64,000 nt of DNA from an uncultured Alphaproteobacteria bacterium (GTDB lineage Bacteria > Pseudomonadota > Alphaproteobacteria > Sphingomonadales > Sphingomonadaceae): positions 431,289-495,288 of the forward strand of contig CAVZWZ010000008.1 of NCBI GenBank assembly GCA_963779195.1, given 5' to 3'. A program made the translations under genes and the position numbers. Positions 59,052 through 64,000 of this stretch are shown here, piece after piece (the stretch's first letter is position 1; each line of letters opens with the position of its first letter). A model generated the notes under the pieces. It was not told the DNA's origin. It did no database searches and was given only the letters and a program-made list of their open reading frames with translations.

Positions 59052-59666
59052 ATGAATTATGCAATGCACGCTTGTGAGTTCGACGGATTGGAACACAAGA
59101 TTCCGGTTCCCGAGGAAATCGAGGAATCGATCCGCAAGCTGATCCGCTGGGCGGGCGACGATCCCGGCCGCGAGGGGCTGGCCGATACCCCCAAACGCGT
59201 CGCCCGGGCCTGGCGCGAATATTGCCAGGGATACGCGGAAGACCCCGGCCAGCATCTCGCGCGGACCTTCGAGGAAGTCGGCGGCTATGACGAGATCGTG
59301 CTGCTGAAGAACATCCCCTTCCAGTCGCATTGCGAACATCACATGGCGCCCATCGTCGGCACCGCATCGATCGCCTATCTGCCCGCCGACCGGGTGGTCG
59401 GCATCTCGAAGCTCGCCCGGGTGCTGCACGGCTTTGCCGAGCGCCTGCAAGTGCAGGAGCGGCTGACCGCCCAGGTCGCGCAATCGATCTGGGACAACCT
59501 CAAGCCGCAGGGCGTTGCCGTGGTGATCGATGCGCAGCACGGCTGCATGACCGGGCGCGGGGTGAAGACCCACGGCGTCGGCATGGTCACCAGCCGCATG
59601 CTGGGCTGCTTTCTGACCGATCCCGACAGCCGCAAGGAAGTGCTGTCGCTGATGAACAATTGTTGA
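59052..59666 (+). CDS. folE: GTP cyclohydrolase I
   Basis: REGLADTPKRVA, SHCEHHM, GISKLAR, RLQVQERLT, HGCMTGRGV. Confidence 0.97.
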   Translation: MNYAMHACEFDGLEHKIPVPEEIEESIRKLIRWAGDDPGREGLADTPKRVARAWREYCQGYAEDPGQHLARTFEEVGGYDEIVLLKNIPFQSHCEHHMAPIVGTASIAYLPADRVVGISKLARVLHGFAERLQVQERLTAQVAQSIWDNLKPQGVAVVIDAQHGCMTGRGVKTHGVGMVTSRMLGCFLTDPDSRKEVLSLMNNC

Positions 59667-59672
59667 GCCGCG

Positions 59673-60668
59673 ATGGAGTTTGCCATCATCGGCGCCGGCA
59701 TGGCCGGATTGGCCTGCGCGGATGCCTTGAGCGCAGCGGGGCACAGGGTCGCTCTGTTCGACAAGGGACGCGGGCCGGGAGGGCGCATGTCGACCCGGCG
59801 GCTGCCGACGCCGCTGGGCCAAGCCGCCTTCGATCATGGCGCGCAATATTTCACCGCGCGCGATGCGGATTTTGCGCGTCTGGTGCGCGGGTGGGGCGAT
59901 CTCGGCATTGCCGCGCCCTGGCCTCCGGCGGGCGGCGATGCCTGGGTCGGAGTTCCCGCGATGAATGCCGTCATCCGGCACATGGCCGCCGCCCATGCGG
60001 TGACTTGGGGCAGGCTGGTCTCGGGCATGGCGCGCCGGAACAGGCAATGGTGGCTTGCCGACGGGCAAGGCGAACATGGCCCCTTCGATGCGGTCGTTGT
60101 CGCCGTTCCGGCCGAGCAGGCGGCGGCAATCCTGTCGCTGCACGATTTCCAGATGGCGCGGCGCGCTCTGGCCGCACGATTTCAGCCCTGCTGGACCGGC
60201 ATGTTCGCCTTCGACCGGCGGTTGGACGAACTGCCTCCCGTCATCCGCCATCGCGGCGGCATCGCCTGGGCGGCGCGCAACAGCGCCAAGCCGGGCCGTT
60301 CGGGTCCGGAAGCCTGGGTGGTGCAAGCCAGCGCCTGCTGGTCTGGCGCCCGCCTCGAAGCGCCGGCAAATGAGGTTTCGGCGCTGTTGCTCGCGGCTCT
60401 GGCCGATGCGGCAGGCCGCGCGCTTCCCGAACCGGTCGCCGCAGCGGCGCACCGCTGGCGCTATGCCCTTTCGTCCGGCACTGGCGAAGGCGCCATGTGG
60501 AATCGCGATGCCGGGCTGGGCGTCTGCGGCGACTGGTTGCTTGGCCCAAGGGTAGAATGCGCCTGGCTGTCGGGGCGGATGCTCGCCCGGCGCTTGCTGG
60601 AACAGCACCGCCTGGCCGCAGCGCCATGCCCGAAAGGCCATATGTTCCATCCCCAATCGCTCTGCTAA
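59673..60668 (+). CDS. renalase-like NAD(P)/FAD-dependent oxidoreductase
   Basis: IIGAGMAGL, DKGRGPGGRMSTRR, FDHGAQYFT, HRWRYA, CGDW, VECAWLSG. Confidence 0.92.
   Translation: MEFAIIGAGMAGLACADALSAAGHRVALFDKGRGPGGRMSTRRLPTPLGQAAFDHGAQYFTARDADFARLVRGWGDLGIAAPWPPAGGDAWVGVPAMNAVIRHMAAAHAVTWGRLVSGMARRNRQWWLADGQGEHGPFDAVVVAVPAEQAAAILSLHDFQMARRALAARFQPCWTGMFAFDRRLDELPPVIRHRGGIAWAARNSAKPGRSGPEAWVVQASACWSGARLEAPANEVSALLLAALADAAGRALPEPVAAAAHRWRYALSSGTGEGAMWNRDAGLGVCGDWLLGPRVECAWLSGRMLARRLLEQHRLAAAPCPKGHMFHPQSLC
60627..60640. promoter_or_regulatory. candidate LOV-HTH operator 3
   Basis: TGCCC-GAAA-GGCCA about 25 nt upstream of a GCTAAT -10-like element preceding the 60700 gene. Confidence 0.4.
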
Positions 60669-60699
60669 TTATCAATCAGAACGAAAAGAGGATTGCGAC

Positions 60700-60975
60700 A
60701 TGAAACAGCTTGTTACCTCGGCGTGGAACTTTATTTTCGATCACGAACAAAGTCCGCTTCGGCATATTCCCGATTTTGGCGTCCGGCATATGGTTTTCCA
60801 GATGCTCGGATGGATGTGGGCGCTGTCGTTTTCTCTTGCCATTGGCAGCTATACGTTCCTGGCGATCAGCATGGTCGGACATGTCGTGCTGATCGGGGCT
60901 ATGGCGATTACTGTTGCGACCTACACTGCGGCGGCCACGAAGCCACAAGTGTTCGTTGCACGAACCCGTCGCTAA
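60700..60975 (+). CDS. small hypothetical membrane protein
   Basis: AGAGGA RBS; WNFIFDHEQSPLRHIPD...HMVFQMLGWMW plus two hydrophobic helices. Confidence 0.75.
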   Translation: MKQLVTSAWNFIFDHEQSPLRHIPDFGVRHMVFQMLGWMWALSFSLAIGSYTFLAISMVGHVVLIGAMAITVATYTAAATKPQVFVARTRR

Positions 60976-61200
60976 CAGCGCGCGCAGGAACCTGTCCGGG
61001 CGTCGCCTCGTATAGCGGGTCCGGCGCGGTTCTGCTGACCAGCATTTGGAAATGGCTTTCAGACCAAATAAAAAAGGGATGCATTGCATGCAGCGCTTTT
61101 TCCAGACCAGGCAGCTTTCCCTTGCCGCCGTTGCCGCTATTCTGGCGCATCTCGGACTGTTGACGGCGGCGCTGGCGTGATCCCGCCCGCTGCGGCCTGC

Positions 61201-61626
61201 TCAGAACAGATAGCGTAGCGCAATCCGCTCGGTGGCCGGGGCTTGCAGCGTAATCGCCGTCTCGGAAAAGCGCGGCGCGCGCGGGCGGAACGGGGGGTTG
61301 CGCGAAAATCCGTAGCCCTCGCGCGGGATGCCCATGAAGGTATCGAGCTTGCCGTTGCCATTGGCGTCGTGAAACACGCTGACGGCATAGGCGCCGGGCG
61401 CGAGATTGGTCAGCGAAGCGGCGGCGACGCCTTTCTGGATCGGCAGATCGGCGGTGCGCACAGCCTTTGCCTTGCAATCGGGGAAACCGGCGTCGGGAGG
61501 GCACAGCGCCAGGCGGATGACTCCCTTGTCCGACCGGATGCCGGTGACCGAAACCTCGAGCGCCAGCGCGGCGGGCGCTGGTCCGGGTTCAGCCGCCCCG
61601 GCCGCCACTGTCAGCAAAACGGCCAA
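61201..61626 (-). CDS. DUF2141 family protein (start uncertain)
   Basis: GIRSDKGVIRLALC, PGAYAVSVFHDANGNGKLD, PREGYGFSRN. Confidence 0.9.
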   Translation of the reverse strand: MAVLLTVAAGAAEPGPAPAALALEVSVTGIRSDKGVIRLALCPPDAGFPDCKAKAVRTADLPIQKGVAAASLTNLAPGAYAVSVFHDANGNGKLDTFMGIPREGYGFSRNPPFRPRAPRFSETAITLQAPATERIALRYLF

Positions 61627-62338
61627 GCCCGCGATCGGTGCCGCAGACACGATCCCAGAAGCGGAAATAGAGGCCATAATTGCACCGGTACCTTTCATGG
61701 TGAAGCTGGTGGTGGGTTGCCGTTATCAGCCAATTGCCTGCCGGACCATGAACCAGCCGTGGCGAAAACAATTCCCAGCCCATGTGATTGGTCACCCCCA
61801 TCACCGTCATCGTCAGCAATACCGCCAGCACCGTGCCGGCATGCAGCGGCAGGATGAAGACCAGCGCGGGAATGACGAAAGCTCCGGTCAGCGCTTCCCA
61901 CGGGTGGAAACTCATCGCCGCCCAGGCGGTCGGCGGGCGGCTGTCATGATGGACGGCGTGGATGGTGCGAAACGGCCAGGGCGCGTGCATCAGCCGGTGC
62001 GTCCAGTAAAACCATGTGTCGTGGATCGCCAGGCAGAGCGCGAAGGATGCGGGCAGCCACCACAGCGGATAGTCCTGCACATCGGTGTAAATCCGCGTCC
62101 AGCCGTGCTCGCGCCAGCCCCAGGCGGCGATGCCTGCCGGCACGCCATAGACCAAGGCGCTCAGCAGCGACCAGCCGATCTCGCGGCGGATCTGAGGGCG
62201 CAGCCCCGCATGCAGACCGGGAAGCCGGTGTTCGCCCCACCAGGCGAATGCGCCGCTGGTCGCGAGATAGCGGATTGCGACAATCCCCGCCATCGCCGCT
62301 GCGGCCAGAGCGGCCGCGCCCAATTCCGTCGCATGCAT
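61589..62338 (-). CDS. crtG: sterol desaturase family, probable carotenoid 2,2'-hydroxylase
   Basis: HDTWFYWTHRLMH, HAVHHDSRPPTAWAAMSFHPWE, NHMGWE, HHQLHH, CNYGLYFRFWD; adjacent to crtY/crtB. Confidence 0.8.
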   Translation of the reverse strand: MHATELGAAALAAAAMAGIVAIRYLATSGAFAWWGEHRLPGLHAGLRPQIRREIGWSLLSALVYGVPAGIAAWGWREHGWTRIYTDVQDYPLWWLPASFALCLAIHDTWFYWTHRLMHAPWPFRTIHAVHHDSRPPTAWAAMSFHPWEALTGAFVIPALVFILPLHAGTVLAVLLTMTVMGVTNHMGWELFSPRLVHGPAGNWLITATHHQLHHERYRCNYGLYFRFWDRVCGTDRGLGRFADSGGRGG

Positions 62339-62379
62339 GTGCTTGGTCTAGCAGGCGATGCAGGCTAATGCGAGCCGGC

Positions 62380-63540
62380 ATGGCAAGCAGCGCACCCCTG
62401 GTCATCGTCGGCGGCGGGCTGGCCGGATCGCTGGCCGCGCTGTTGATCGCCGGGCGGCGGCCCGAAGTGCCGCTGCTGCTGCTCGAAGCGGGGAAGAGTT
62501 TCGGCGGCAATCATACCTGGTCGTTTTTCGACAGCGATATTCCCGAGGGCGCGCGCGATCTGATCACGGCGCTGCAGCCGGTGCGCTGGCCGCGCCACCG
62601 GGTGCGCTTTGCCAGCCGCGAGCGGGTGCTGCCGATGGCCTACAACGCCATCGGCGCGCCCGCGCTCGATGCCCTGGTGCGCGAGCGGCTGGCGCCGGGC
62701 AGCTGGCGGCTGGGTGCCGAGGTGATGGAGATCGGCGCGCAGCAGGTAACCCTGCGGTCCGGCGAGCGGATCGCGGCGCTGGGCGCAATCGATGCGCGCG
62801 GGCCGGATGGGCCATGCCCGGGGCTCGAGCTGGCCTGGCAGAAGTTCGTCGGAATCGAGTTCGCGGCGGCGGCAGCCGAGCCCGATTGCCCGGTGGTGAT
62901 GGATGCGACTGTGCCGCAAATCGACGGCTATCGCTTCGTCTATACCTTGCCGCTGGCCGCAGACCGCGTGCTGGTCGAGGACACCTATTACAGCGACACG
63001 CCGCAGCTCGATGTGCCTGCGATTGTCCAGCGGGTGCGCGATCTTGCCGCCGAACGCGCGATTGCCGGGCCAGAACTGCGGCAGGAAACCGGGGTTCTGC
63101 CGATTCTGATCGGCGGCGATCCGCAGCTGTTCTGGCCGCAGGGCGACCCGGTGGCGCGGCTTGGCCTGAAGGGCGGATTCTTCCACGCCACCACGGGCTA
63201 TTCGCTCGGGCTGGCGCTGCGGCTGGCGCTGGCGCTGTCCGAACGCAATGGTGACTTCGACGGCGCGGCGCTGGCGCGCTGGTCGCGCGCGCAGTTCTTG
63301 CAGCACTGGCAGGCGATGCGCTTCTTTCGCGTGCTCAACCGGATGCTGTTCGACGCCGCCCAGCCGGAGGAACGCCACCGCATCTTCGCGCATTTCTATC
63401 GCCTGCCGCCCGCAACGATCGCGCGGTTCTATGCGGGGACGCTGACCGGGGCCGACCGGATGCGCATCCTCTCGGGCCGCCCGCCGGTGCCGGTGGGCGC
63501 GGCGCTCAAGGCGATGCTGCGGCATCGGCGCGGCGGCTGA
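62380..63540 (+). CDS. crtY: lycopene beta-cyclase
   Basis: IVGGGLAG, GGNHTWSF, QKFVG, MDATVPQIDGYRFVYTLP, EDTYY, FHATTGYS, HFYRL, RILSGRPPVP. Confidence 0.96.
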   Translation: MASSAPLVIVGGGLAGSLAALLIAGRRPEVPLLLLEAGKSFGGNHTWSFFDSDIPEGARDLITALQPVRWPRHRVRFASRERVLPMAYNAIGAPALDALVRERLAPGSWRLGAEVMEIGAQQVTLRSGERIAALGAIDARGPDGPCPGLELAWQKFVGIEFAAAAAEPDCPVVMDATVPQIDGYRFVYTLPLAADRVLVEDTYYSDTPQLDVPAIVQRVRDLAAERAIAGPELRQETGVLPILIGGDPQLFWPQGDPVARLGLKGGFFHATTGYSLGLALRLALALSERNGDFDGAALARWSRAQFLQHWQAMRFFRVLNRMLFDAAQPEERHRIFAHFYRLPPATIARFYAGTLTGADRMRILSGRPPVPVGAALKAMLRHRRGG

Positions 63541-64000
63541 TGGGCGGCGGGCAGGCGAGCGGCCGCGCCGCGCTGGTCGCTGCCGCGCGCGATGCGATTG
63601 CGCTTGGCTCGCAAAGCTTTCACGGGGCCAGCCGCCTGTTCGACCGCGAAACCCGCGAGCGGGTCTGGCTGCTCTATGGCTGGTGCCGCGCCGCCGACGA
63701 TATGACCGACGGGCAGCAGCTCGGCCACGATGCGCGCGCCGTCGCCGATCCCGCCGCCACCCAGGCCGCGCTCGAAGCGATGACTTCCGCCGCCTTCACC
63801 GGCGACCATCCCTTGCCGCCGGCCTTCGCCGGGCTGCGCGTGGTGGCGCGCGAAACCGGCCTGCCGCGCGGGATGGCGGCGGATCATCTGGCGGGATTTG
63901 CGCTCGATGCGGAAGGCTGGCGGCCGCAAAGCGAAGACGATCTGCTGCGCTATTGCTATCATGTCGCCGGATCGGTCGGCTGCATGATGGCGGTGGTGAT
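63540..64000 (+). CDS. crtB: phytoene synthase, 3' end beyond window
   Basis: TGATG coupling; GSQSFHGASRLFD...LYGWCRAADDMTDGQ...HLAGFALD...LLRYCYHVAGSVGCMM (not in the ORF track). Confidence 0.95.
   Translation, partial: MGGGQASGRAALVAAARDAIALGSQSFHGASRLFDRETRERVWLLYGWCRAADDMTDGQQLGHDARAVADPAATQAALEAMTSAAFTGDHPLPPAFAGLRVVARETGLPRGMAADHLAGFALDAEGWRPQSEDDLLRYCYHVAGSVGCMMAVV

Overview
High-GC alphaproteobacterial chromosome segment, most similar in gene content to Sphingomonadales (Novosphingobium/Erythrobacter-like; inferred from gene content, not verified). The housekeeping backbone is rodZ-like, ptsP, rcdA-like, glpK, nadA, lipB, thiC with a TPP riboswitch, tyrA-hisC, metX-metW, fdhD and a GST/fzlA-like gene. 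Several small accessory hot spots interrupt it. They hold five intact type II TA pairs plus orphan or decayed antitoxins, and a complete 2.2-kb IS1595-family element (TIRs, 8-bp TSD) that hides a structured non-coding segment antisense to a 25-aa basic ORF. They also hold a nonsense-interrupted ABC-ATPase/TOPRIM (OLD/PARIS-like) gene and several palindromic repeats. Two accessory cassettes are bracketed by synonymously diverged duplicates of the host gene 3' end (nadA clearly, thiC weakly). An unannotated 655-aa protein has four repeats of a Cys(x3) ladder helix. The right end is a light/photoprotection cluster: photolyase, EL222-like LOV-HTH, folE, pterin dehydratase, renalase-like oxidoreductase, crtG, crtY and crtB. 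It has a shared candidate operator, TGYCC-N4-GGNCA. Many single-base frameshifts in conserved genes (densest at 49-52 kb) look like sequencing errors. All product calls come from motif recognition only; no database searches were run.
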